The translations under genes and the position numbers were made by a program. 64,000 nt of DNA from Paraphysomonas bandaiensis. Taxonomy: Eukaryota; Protista; Chrysophyceae. Each line of letters starts with the position of its first letter. Position 1 is the first letter of the stretch. Below, one piece after another: positions 27,309 through 38,999 of the stretch. The stretch lies in NCBI GenBank assembly GCA_965644295.1, contig CBFFRP010000378.1:372001-436000 (forward strand), in the 5' to 3' direction. The notes beneath the pieces were generated by a model. The model worked only from the letters and a program-made list of their open reading frames with translations. It searched no databases and was not told where the DNA came from.

Positions 27309-29282
27309 TCAAGAAATCTTCATTACATTCGGCCCTGGCTCTTCCTTGACAATCTAATAATTGTAAACAATCAGGTGTAGCAGCGCAAAAATAGGATTCA
27401 TGCTTACAGGGATCTTGCTATCGAAGCGCAAGCAAGATAATATGAAAAATACGGCCTCATTAGGATCCCCCATTGCCCATCTGTTTTATACACTTATTTG
27501 AACCGTAGCGGCTTATTCCTTACCTTGATATTCGATCTATATAATCGCCCACCCAAATCCATCTAACACCAGTCGACAGTGATTCGTCATTCAATAATTC
27601 GGCTGCAGCTTCAGCACTTGCAACAATGCCCTTTTTGTCTAGCCTAAATATTGAAAGTCATTACGGTGGACCACACTAATATATTCTATACCCAGATATA
27701 AGAGATGCATGGTAGGTTTCGTTGTCCGCAAAGCATGTGAATTTGCTAGCCATTTTCATCATGTGAACACTGTCAACGGGATATAAAAGGGCATATCTTG
27801 ACTGGTAGTGTGCTTTCGAATACTGGAGCGGCGATTTCAACCCACGCAGTCTTGACAAAAAATGAACCGCATATGCCTGTGTGTATAAAATATCATAATG
27901 GCAAAATATTTTACAAACTGCAGCACCTGCGCCGCAACTATCCGTTCGTCTTTAGTAGCTGCTTTCCCAATTGGAACCCCAGTGAACTGTGCTTCGGCTA
28001 AATGAATTTGCTCTTTCGAGATGCTGTTGACATCAAGAAACATCGATAACGTAGTGAACTCACTGCGTACCAGCCAGTACGGTGGAATGTATAGGGCCTG
28101 TCCAGGATACAAATCAACAGCTACCCCACTCACTGAACGAAACCGAGGAAAATCGTCCTCCTCATTGTCCCCACCACTCCCCATGTCAACCTGAGTACAG
28201 GAACAGTCAAAAAGAGAAGAGATAAGGAGAAAAAAGATAGACCATAACAACCTGAGAATGTCTGTGAAAGGCGTGAATGGCAGGATAAAGATAAAGTGAA
28301 AGATGTCTAGAAGGAGGAAACAAAACGTATCTACTGCGACCACGAAGTTGAACACGAACTCGATGATGTTCTTTGTAACTCGCTTGAAGCACTACACCGG
28401 GATGTGCAATAGACATACTTGGTGCTGGTTGTTTTAGTTTCACGCGATCAGATGGTGCGTCATTACTTTTATCGTCTTCTACTTTCATCGTTAATTCAAA
28501 AGCATCTTCGTCAACGATGAAGCTCCTCCAAGAAGTGTCATGCGCAAGCTAAATAAATAAAATCAGTATACAAGATATATCAAAAAGTCTCAATTACCTT
28601 AAGTACAGACTCCATCACCCTATAATTCGTTGAGTAAAGCATATATAACTTCGGGTTTACTATATTATATAGAAACTCAGTGAATTGTATTTCGTAAACC
28701 ACATCAGGGAGATGGATAGAATCATCAGGAGTAACAAAGCCGTCTTCTGTGGCACCCTAACATCAGCACAGAAAATAAAATACGTCAATATTAAATCCAT
28801 ACTGAGCTTGTGAATACCTGTTGTAATATAAACAAAGAATCATCTTCATTTACTAGTACATTAGCTAAAAGTGGCCATTTCTGTGATAAATCCCATAGAT
28901 CCCACTTCAATGCCCTCCAAGTGGTCGAAGGTGATGATACAAAAACATGAGGTTTATTTAAAGATGTCACCTTATTAATCGAATATTCTTTAGTCCATTT
29001 AATTGTTTCCACAGTTGTTGTATTCTCTCGTTTAAAGTTTATTGGCATTTTTGTATCAACAGTTTGAGTTAAATCAAATCTAAGATCACTTATCCCTAAT
29101 AACTCATTCCTTTCTACTGTATGATAATTAGAAAACCCTAATGGTTTATTAGTTGGTATATCTTTATTCAATATAGTTGTATGAGATGGAGTAGTGTGTA
29201 TAGTATGAGATGTGTAGAGGATATATGATGCAATGGATAGTAAAATGCATATAATGATATTGTATATGTTAAATAATTGCAT
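27309..29282 (-). CDS. JmjC/cupin-8 fold protein with N-terminal signal anchor; metal ligands degenerate
   Basis: P.VF...P...W.ALKWDL, VQLRGRSRYVLFPP...LYLYP..H...RHSQV, FPRF....G....L.PG..LYIPPYW. The 3' exons are approximate. Confidence 0.8.
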
Positions 29283-29939
29283 GATCTATTGAAAGGATTG
29301 CAAGAAATGATGATAATTGATTATAGTATGTAATTATATCTATTAGTATGATGGAATTTAGTTGTGGAAGATATCAAACAGTCTCCTTAACGCTTCTATA
29401 GGCGTATACATACATATGATACATACATACATATATACGCAGTTCGTACATGTACCTACATATATACACACATACATATATATACACACATACATATATA
29501 CCTACTACACATTGCCAGATGACTATGAAAAAACCTGTAGGAATTCTTAGTTTGTAGTATTATTTCACACGAAAATACACACCTTATACTGTACTCTAGG
29601 GGTACATACACAGCAGTACAATCTAGATCTACACCAACCCTCTATACACTCACTATACTGTATATTGTAGGTGGTTGTGCATACAATTTGTCGAATATTT
29701 CATTGAAAAGCCATCGTTTTTCAATGAAAAATGAAAAAAGTGACTTTTTAATGAAAAAACGATGACTGTATTCTATCGTATTATTATCTGCACCATATGG
29801 ACTGGTATAGTCTAGACGATCGTAGTCTATAGCTACAGTATGCATCTATGCATATAATATACACACAGCAGGCAGGAGTTTGATGGGAAACACTCTTCAT
29901 ATATATATACATACATATTGACAAGATATTAAAGTAAAT

Positions 29940-31413
29940 ATGAATATGTTTCGAAGAAAAGAAGAAAAGAAAAGTGATTTTGAGATTGAAGATGATGATG
30001 AAGAAGGTTACATATGCTCTTCTATATATATATGTATATATGTATGTATGTATGTGTGTGTGTGTATGTATGTGTATATATGCTCATATATTCGTCTATG
30101 TATATGTATATGTATGTGTTTATATATGGAAGTATGTGTATGTATGTATGTGTATGTGTGTGTATGAATATTTTCTGTATGTATTTTCTTATCGTGAATC
30201 TCATGCACTTGCTGATGTAGTTGCTAATAGTTGAGTTCGTATATGTGGATAGTGTCGTATATTATGTGTATGCATATTACATATCAGCTCACAGTGTTTC
30301 ATTGTATTGTAAGCTCATTGTGTTATACCTGCAGACGACGAGTACATTAATCAGCTCAAGATCAATTTATCTCGTATGATTGTTTACGCTGAAAGGTAAT
30401 TCTTATATATTATGTTAGTGACACTTTGGAATAATATGCATGTTAGTGCTGACGTGAAACTACAACGCGAAGTAGCCGAGAAGTTAGCAAATGAAGCCGT
30501 TAAGAGCTCTCGACAGGCTCAGATAGTTGAGTATGGTGGGTTGCGCTTGCTGGTTCCGCTGACAAAATCGTCGGATCCTGAAGTCCAACGCTTGGCGGCA
30601 CATGCTTTAGCAAACTTATCTGTAACGAGTAAGATTGTAGCGTTGTAATCACACAGTAGTAATATATATGAAGCTGATAATCAGGTGCTGATGGCTGAAG
30701 AAGGGGCCATTGAAATGCTGGTAGATTTACTTGAAAGCAAGCATGAGCTTATACAGCGTCAATCGGCGAAAGCTTTGGCGAATCTTGGTGTTAATGCAGA
30801 CAACAAAAGGCGAATTGCCGAAAGTGGTGGAATTCCTGGTCTAATAAGGCTTGCAACGAGCTCGTCGTTAGCTGTGAAGATTGAAGCTATTGCTGCAATC
30901 GCAAATCTTGCTGTTAATGGTTCGTTATCTGGTCTTGTGTTTATATGCCTAACACTATTATGTAGACGATAATGAAATGCGAATAGTGCAGCAAGGGGGA
31001 CTGGCTCCCATTGTTCGATGTGCAGCACTTGCTGCAGATTCAATGGATCCCGGATCGAAATCGTGTGTTTCTTCTGTACGAGAACTTGAAAATCTCGAAG
31101 AGTTAGGGGCCCAATGCGCAAGGTCACTGAGAAATCTTTCAGTCAATCGTAAGTGCATAAAACCATGTGAATTAGTGAAACGCTGCAGTTGTTATATTTC
31201 ATTTTCACAATGTCTTTGTGCAGCACAAAATAAAAGCGAGATCATATCTCTCGGTGCAGTACCTCACCTCCTAGTATTTTCGAAGTCTAGGAATGATCGC
31301 ATTTCTCAACAGGTATGTTGTTAGCCACGGAATCGTGATATCCTTCACCACTCTTTATGCAGGCAAGACGCGCACTACGAAACTTAGATGCCGAACCCAA
31401 TTCGCGGAAATGA
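29940..31413 (+). CDS. Armadillo-repeat protein (Vac8-like repeats)
   Basis: VQRLAAHALANLSV, IQRQSAKALANLGV, EAIAAIANLAV and CARSLRNLSV repeats; several short introns; stop at 31411-31413. Confidence 0.9.
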
Positions 31414-32861
31414 GCATGCCGAAGCACTCTATACAGAAGTTGCGTCCATTATATAACACTTTATTTTCTGGGGTTTGCATGTTCTTTTGAAAACACGTAG
31501 GTGTATCTTTACAAATACCATTTTTCGTTAATAAATGGGTCGTTGATTTAGTTGTTGTTTATGTTGCATATTATTAGTTATTGGTATCGTGGTAGGCTCT
31601 ATATTGACAACAAACGTACGAATTACAAAGAGCTGTTAATAACGTAGCACAAACCAGGGCCAGTCAACAATATATAATAATAATATTTTCAAGACCAATA
31701 ATGATTACTAAATATGTTGCAATATATTTAGCGCTAAGAATAAATGTGCTCGATTGGTAGTAACTAGTATCTAGTTATTAGTAGATTACAACATTACTAT
31801 AGTCCTATAAGATATACGGTTCCCTATCCCTGCTCTAAGTGTTCCAACCCATTCTTATGATCGGACAGTCCATCGTGGATGACCTGTTGCAATATATTGC
31901 AATCCAAACAAACAACTTGCGGTCCATGGTTTTGGCATATACCTCCTGAATATGCGGCAGATCCGGAAGGTGGTGTATTAGGATTCAGCTTAATACATGA
32001 TTGTATCTGTGAGTTATAATGTTCAATGAAATACACCATGAACTGAATTAGAGAGAGTATCTGTCGAAGATACGTGATCGTCATCATAACGTCGTCATTA
32101 TCAGTTACACTTCTAACTATTCCGTTGTGCATGATAGTACGTTCTATATTGTTATTCATAAATTTCACTCTATCGTGTTCATTACTTACACTCTAATAAT
32201 CACAACATTGTTTTACTATTATAAAGATCAATTCTTTATTTTGGTGCTCACATGTGCAGATAGTCTGGAGTAGGCAGGTAAGCTCAATCACCGGAACCTA
32301 TCACACACACTGACGAATGAAACAGACTTCTACAACAATCTGCTACAAATTCAAGCTCCCTCCAATTTAATGTCTTCCCAACATGGATATGAAATCGTAT
32401 GCATATTAATGAGAAATCGCTGCATGTACACTGTACACACAGCACCTATCTAGTTTACACTGTAATGCCGTTACCATTAACGGTTACCAGACCCTGGTTA
32501 ACAGTTTATACCACCGAAGTGAATACTTATTTTTACAATAGAAGAATGGTGTGCGTGTTCAATGTGTGACTGCTTCCATGTTGCACAATATTTCTTTAGT
32601 ACTAAAAAATTAAATTGCGAACGACGCTGCAAGGTATTGCGCCAGTTACAGTTGCTCATGAAGCTTCTGTTAGAGATGTGACGCATAAAAATACTTGAAT
32701 TAACATTGATTTAGTAAACGCAGCAAAGATTTCCATCACTATTTAGTGCGTCAATTCTACGCTAACGTTTCGCAGTATCATAACTACGATTACACATGAC
32801 ACTCAAGTTATTGACTGACATATTTTCGATGGAGGGAAAGTGGTGCTGTGTCATCGACTTA

Positions 32862-34975
32862 TTATTTACCAGGTGTTATATTCGCAGGTGAGCTGTCACG
32901 CTCATAATTTTTATGTACCTTTCCCTGCGCAGAACCATAACCACGAGGATTATCAGAACCGCCATTTTGATTTGGTGTAGATGGAGCTGGCCGTGCAAAC
33001 CTCTCTCCAAACTTTTGCTCATAATCCCTTATGGAAACATCAATGGATGCCTGAAGTTCACTGAGTTCTGTGAGTAAGGACGACTTTGAAGCAAGAGCCT
33101 CTGCCCTTTTAGCTTCTGAGGGTTCGTTGGATTCAGATGAGGTAATCTTTTGTATATACTTCAATTTATACTCAATATATTGTCTTCGAGTTATCATCTA
33201 TAAAACATCGTCATGAACTTCTGCTAGTCTAAAACAGACATACCTGAACAATAGGCAAACGTGCTGAAAGTCGTGTTTGAATTGCTTCATATCTTCGTGC
33301 CAATTCTGGTGTGTGGTCCGCACAGTCTAATAACGACAGTAATACTTGAACCTTTTCTTCGGCTGGAGTTCCAAGGCCATTCCACAACTTTAGTAAAGTG
33401 TCTCTCTGAGACGCAAGACTTGCCCGTCCAGCTTTTTTTTCCTTTTCAATATCAGAAAAACTTTTTTCCAAACCCTGCGTAATAATTAATAATAATAAGT
33501 ACTGCTTCAAAAATACATACGTCATGAGCCCGTCTTTCATCGAAAAGCTCCTTTTCTTTCTCCTGGACGGCATGTTCCGCATCAACTAGTTGCTCTCTAG
33601 CGTGTGCTAACTCGGACAAAAGACTTTCAACTTCACTGTACAGCACATATTATTTCAAAATGACCCAAGCGCAAGTTCATACCTCATATATCTTGACTCC
33701 AGAACAGTAACCATTTCGTGATAACGCTTTTGAATTTCTTTTTGATAGTCAGTTTTCCAACGACCACATGCCAGTTTCAAGCGGCGAAGTCTACTTTCAA
33801 ATCTTGCACGCTCAATGGCAAGATTTCCACCAACCTGCAACAGTGTTACTTTAAGAGCATAAACTACTCCACTGCACACCTGAAGAAGTTGTTCTTCGTA
33901 CTCTGTGAGCTGCTGGTCAGTTCTTTCAACATACTCAGCGAGTCGTGTGTCATAGAGGCGCCGACATTTCTCTTCAAACGCCCGCATAGTTGTCACCTGA
34001 AACAAATAAGATCAAAATCTGCATTGCCTCAACTACAATAAGAACATTATGTGACCTGCTGTCTATTTCGGGCTTCCACATCCTCCATCCACTGTTTATC
34101 TGCATCATCTTGAAGTTTCAATGCCATTTGCAGCTGACCCTCCATGTGATCAAGAACTGCAGAATAATGGTTCCGTAGGCGCTCTTCCAATTGCTTTGCT
34201 CGGCTTGACTCTTCCTCCTCCCATGATTTTCGCAGGTCACTTACAAGATGTTTAAATTTATTCGATACTGCAAGCTCTGTGGACTACAAAAAAATTAACA
34301 GATACGAATTTACTAAGGTAAATTACCTGTTGGGCCTCGAATAATTGTCTGGCACGCTCACTCTCTAGCCGGGCATTCCGCTCAAGATCTTCAAGTGCAC
34401 GGCGCATACGACTGTCCTGTTCAGCCTTTACCTTCTCTTGCAGCGCCTGCACCATACCTTCGTATTTAGTGCGAAGAGTTTCTTCGTACACCTGTATAAT
34501 ATAACAAACAAGCCGCGCTGCATCAATAATACCCACATGCTGAGCTTGCAATGCCTCTCGCCGTTCCTCTGCTATTGCAGTCCGAAGAATTTCTAGTTGT
34601 TGTTGATGCGCTTCTTTCATTTCCTATAATCCTTTTTAACTTATACCATATAACACTATATACTATTATATAACAGCATGTACACACATATATATCTATG
34701 TATAGTCATGTTGGATCGTATATTACCGAAATTATTTTTCCTTGTCGTTCTTTTGAATCTGATAGTGCATCCCTTAATAGATCATGCTCAGGTACTACTC
34801 CAGATCCATTGGATCCAGTGTTTCGTCCATCTTTCTGTAATTTATCCGCCCATTCTTTAAGAGACTCATTAATAGCATTTAATTGAGCTTCATCCCATTT
34901 TTTTCTTTCTTCTGTAAGTTTATTGAGACATTGTTCAGTTAAATTCTCAAATGCTTTAGTAAATGTATCGTCCAT
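32862..34975 (-). CDS. Coiled-coil protein, multi-exon, unknown family
   Basis: A series of E/R/K/Q-rich helical ORF segments bounded by GT-AG sites. Confidence 0.75.
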
Positions 34976-35221
34976 TATGTTATATGAGATGTGAGTATGG
35001 ATAGATGGGGGTTTAATATAGTGACTGTTGATACAAGTGTATGTATATGTAACATGCATGTATCATCTAGCTACATACTGCTGCTGTATAGTACATATAT
35101 ATACAGTGTATGTACCTTATATCTGTATACTCTATATCGATATATGATATGGTGTAGTGTATAGCTGCTGCTGTACTTGTACATAGTTGTGTGTTGATCC
35201 CATCAAGATATGCTGTATATA

Positions 35222-35800
35222 GTGCCGGTCAGGACACGGTTGTTGTTTTTTTAGTACCAGAAATGGACACATTGGAGGGTTTTTTGCTTTTTTTGTTTTT
35301 TTTTTGCTTTTTTTGGGGGGTTTTCTGCTCATTTTCCTCTCCAACATACAGCAGGCAGCACACTCAGCAGCAGGCAGATAAGCCCAATGTAGCTAACGTA
35401 TCCATCCATCAATTCGAATGTCCATCTTAATAAGTCAAATATATCCATATTAGAGAGTAATAACAGGCGGAAGGATGACATTGCTCGGTTGCAGACTGTA
35501 TTCCATCCCCAAGCTGAACAACACTTTCATGTAATATCGCACATGTAAATTGTGCAATAGTAAGCTTACTATGTTAGGTAATGTGTATAATTGCGTGAGT
35601 TATAATATTTTATACTTGATAGGATATACAGAAAAAAGTCGGACATTGTCCAATGGAGGTTCACATTCTCGATACTGTGAGCGAGCGAGGTCTTGTGCAT
35701 ACAATCACGGATGCAGTGCATAGAAGCGAGTTGAGAAATGTGGACTTGTCTAAGCAGAAATGCGACTGTGGAAAGTACCAACAAACTGGGCTGCCGTGGG
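35222..35800 (+). mobile_element. Mutator-like element end (~225 bp) followed by a SWIM zinc-finger fragment
   Basis: 35222-35447 is an inverted copy of 41499-41716. At ~35735-35800 the + strand reads NVDLSKQKCDCGKYQQTGLP, typical of a MULE SWIM domain. Confidence 0.75.
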
Positions 35801-36934
35801 TTAATTAGCTAAGAGTAGTGGGTTTGATTATCAAGTGACCTTAGACCTTATAATGGCAAGTACTAAAAATGGAAACTACGGATGTGTTTACTTACTGATT
35901 AGTCATACTAATATATTGCAATATATTGAAATATTATTGTAGGGCCGCTTTAAAAAGTCCATCAATACTATTGATGGAACGCTATCTAACAATAGTATTG
36001 CAATGTATTGTTCCCTATCTCTGATTTGGACATACATACATACATACATACATACATAGCGTTTCTGCGCCGACTGTATATTTTGCGATACTTTTTTGGG
36101 GGCCTGATCACATTTCCCCTACACACTGTATTGCTAATTGCTAACTACATGGTATGTACACTGCTCTACACTATCATGTGACCCAAGGAGTGGAAAGTCC
36201 TCCTGAAGGTGACTTCATTGTCTCAATTGCTCTCATAATATGCAGCTAACTATTGGGCTGAGTTTAGTGGTAATGTAGGCTTTATTATTGCTACTTTGTT
36301 ATGACATTAGAATCAGATTTATCAAGTTGCGCGTTTGATCGATATCACTACAAACAAACTAGCTACAGCATAGGCAGCGACAGTAGATGATGGATACCTT
36401 CCTATTTCGACTTTCCTCTGCGCTCGTATTCTGTGTCCTGTGAAGACTCAGAGGTTCCACCGTAGATGCAGCAAAGGCAGTAATGGGGACAGTGAGGGAA
36501 CCGTACTCATCGGAATCCAATGTCCATGTTCTTCCAGTATTTCACTTTCTGCTTCTCTGGACCCATGACCTGGTCGCCCCGCGTGCAAATGAGGTTTGAA
36601 GGCTCGGGTAAGTATTTCTTTTGACAACAGAGGTGTAGCATCTTCTTGCTCTTGAAATGCATTGTTATTACATGGTCCTCTTGAACCTTTTTACTGCAGG
36701 CACAGGAACAAACTGGTATTTGGCCAAGTGGACTACCCACTTGCACTCTTCTCTGTTGCTGGAACACAAACGTACGTCCTATCTACGACATCTGTCATCC
36801 CGCATGCACTCCTCCTTTAGGAGGACAATCCGAATCAATACTGAACTGCTTAAATTCCAGTGTTGTAAAGCCAGTGTTGAAAGTGTTTACTGTAATAATA
36901 TTATTCTGATTTATCCAGCCTTTAGCTCAATCGT

Positions 36935-37472
36935 AGCATCTTATTTTTCGGAAATAAATTGAAGCCAAATTCCTCTATATAACTGAAGTACAAATACGGC
37001 TAGAATACAGATAATTGTTGTATCAATATAGGAGAAATTTTTGAACAAAAATATACAGAGGATGTGATAACTTTCAAGTTTTTGAGTATAAAACCATGGT
37101 TTTACTATATAAAAACCGGGATTGTACAAACACCTCGTTTTCGGCAACAAAAACCAGTTTTTTTTATGGTGGCGACTTCCGTTTTGGTGACAACTTTCGT
37201 CATAGTACGTCCGTCATCTTAACGCGAGTGCACCACAGAGGTATACTCCTGTACGTACGTCACGGTGTACGTATTTTGTCCCTTATATATGCATGTATGT
37301 CGTAGCTAGGTGTGTACTGTGTAGTGTATCGTATGGGCAGTCAGCATCTTATTTTTCGGTAATAAATTGAAGCAAATATTCTCTATATTACTGCAATAAA
37401 AGTACGGCTGGAATACAGATAATTGTTGTCTCAATATTAGAGGCATCTTTGAACAAAAATATACAAAGGATG
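36935..37472 (+). repeat. ~130-bp dispersed repeat, two copies here (36935-37064, 37343-37472); also at 41782-41910 and inverted at ~53075-53225
   Basis: Shared TTTTCGGAAATAAATTGAAG...GAATACAGATAATTGTTG...GAACAAAAATATACAAAGGATG. Confidence 0.88.
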
Positions 37473-37556
37473 CCGATAGGATATGTGTATACAAGTATAT
37501 GAACTATCTCATGATGTCGTAGTGTATAGATACACTCTATTAGCCTCATGTAAACT

Positions 37557-38861
37557 ATGAATCAGTGTTCAGATAAGTCAAGTATATCTGATCTTAATGA
37601 TGATGTTCTTCGTATCATCATCTCTATGATCCCACACTCAGCTCTTCTTCCTGTGGTCATGACTAGTAAGAGACTTCACGATATAGTCTACACTGATAAG
37701 AGCAGAGAGAGACTTGAGTCACACGCATCTCACTACTGTATGACCAACTCAATGGTCTCATGGGCTCTGTCTATGGGCTGCCCACACACCAAACTAGTGA
37801 ATATATGTGCACTATACGGCAGACTACAGCAGATGATACACCTCATGAGACATATACAAACACATACATACACACAGGACCCCACATACATATGGGGTCA
37901 CGAATGTTTGTACAGGCCTGCAGTGTATGCTGCTAAAGGTGGACACTTGGATATTCTTAAGTGGCTTCGTTCACAGGACCCTCCATGTCCCTGGAATAAA
38001 AAAACTTGTGATGCTGCTGCTGGAGGTGGACACTTGGATATTCTTAAGTGGCTTCGTTCTCAGGACCCTCCATGTCCCTGGGAACCGTTGACTTGCTATA
38101 GAGCTGCAGAGGGAGGGCACTTGGAGGTACTGCAGTGGCTTCGTTCACAGGACCCTCCATGTCCCTGGAATAAAAAAACTTGTGATGCTGCTGCTAGCTG
38201 TGGACACTTGGATATTCTTAAGTGGCTTCGTTCTCAGGACCCTCCATGTCCCTGGGAACCGTTGACTTGCTATAGAGCTGCAGGGGGAGGGCACTTGGAG
38301 GTACTGCAGTGGCTTCGTTCTCAGGACCCTCCATGTCTCTGGAATGAAGGCACTTGCTGGGCTGCTGCTAGAGGTGGGCACTTGAATGTTCTACAGTGGC
38401 TTCGTTCACAGAACGTTCCAGATTCAGTGTTTGGAAGCACTTGTGAAGCTGCTGCTGGAGGAGGACACTTGAATGTATTGCAGTGGCTTCGTTCAAAGCA
38501 CCCTCCATATCCCTGGAATAAAGACACTTGTGAAGCTGCTGCTAGAGGTGGACACTTGGATATTCTTAAGTGGCTTCGTTCTCAGGACCCTCCATGTCCC
38601 TGGAGTAAAGACACTTGTGAAGCTGCTGCTAGAGGTGGACACTTGGATGTGCTGCAGTGGCTTCGTTCACAGAACCCTCCATGTCCCTGGAGTGAAGACA
38701 CTTGTGAAGCAGCTGCTAGTGATGGACACTTGGATGTGCTGCAGTGGCTTCGTTCACAGAACCCTCCATGTCCATGGAAGAAAGATTCTTGCAGTTCTGC
38801 TGCTGCATATTATAATCATGGGAAAGTTTTGAACTGGCTTCGTGCACAGAATCTTCCATGA
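37557..38861 (+). CDS. Intronless F-box-like plus ankyrin-like repeat protein (29-aa AAxGGHLxxLxWLRxQxPPCPW repeats)
   Basis: N-terminal ISDLNDDVLRIIISM, then ~11 tandem 87-nt repeats. Confidence 0.9.
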   Translation: MNQCSDKSSISDLNDDVLRIIISMIPHSALLPVVMTSKRLHDIVYTDKSRERLESHASHYCMTNSMVSWALSMGCPHTKLVNICALYGRLQQMIHLMRHIQTHTYTQDPTYIWGHECLYRPAVYAAKGGHLDILKWLRSQDPPCPWNKKTCDAAAGGGHLDILKWLRSQDPPCPWEPLTCYRAAEGGHLEVLQWLRSQDPPCPWNKKTCDAAASCGHLDILKWLRSQDPPCPWEPLTCYRAAGGGHLEVLQWLRSQDPPCLWNEGTCWAAARGGHLNVLQWLRSQNVPDSVFGSTCEAAAGGGHLNVLQWLRSKHPPYPWNKDTCEAAARGGHLDILKWLRSQDPPCPWSKDTCEAAARGGHLDVLQWLRSQNPPCPWSEDTCEAAASDGHLDVLQWLRSQNPPCPWKKDSCSSAAAYYNHGKVLNWLRAQNLP

Positions 38862-38999
38862 CCACGTTTTTGAAGGATATGTCACTCTGATGCTTGGATG
38901 TTTTGAATGTCTTTATTCATATTATGCATCATGGCCTATTTTTTAGGAGGTTTCTATTATTCTAAGTCAGACAAGAAGTAATAACAATCTCATGATTAT

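Noticed and set aside
29974-30234. Several overlapping Y/V/C/M-rich ORFs
   Set aside because: TATG/TG microsatellite in the first intron of the ARM gene.
31824-32686. Short ORFs between convergent genes
   Set aside because: No motifs and no consistent splice model.
36300-36900. Cys-containing ORF fragments inside the MULE-bounded block
   Set aside because: Stops in all frames; could not be assigned to a family.
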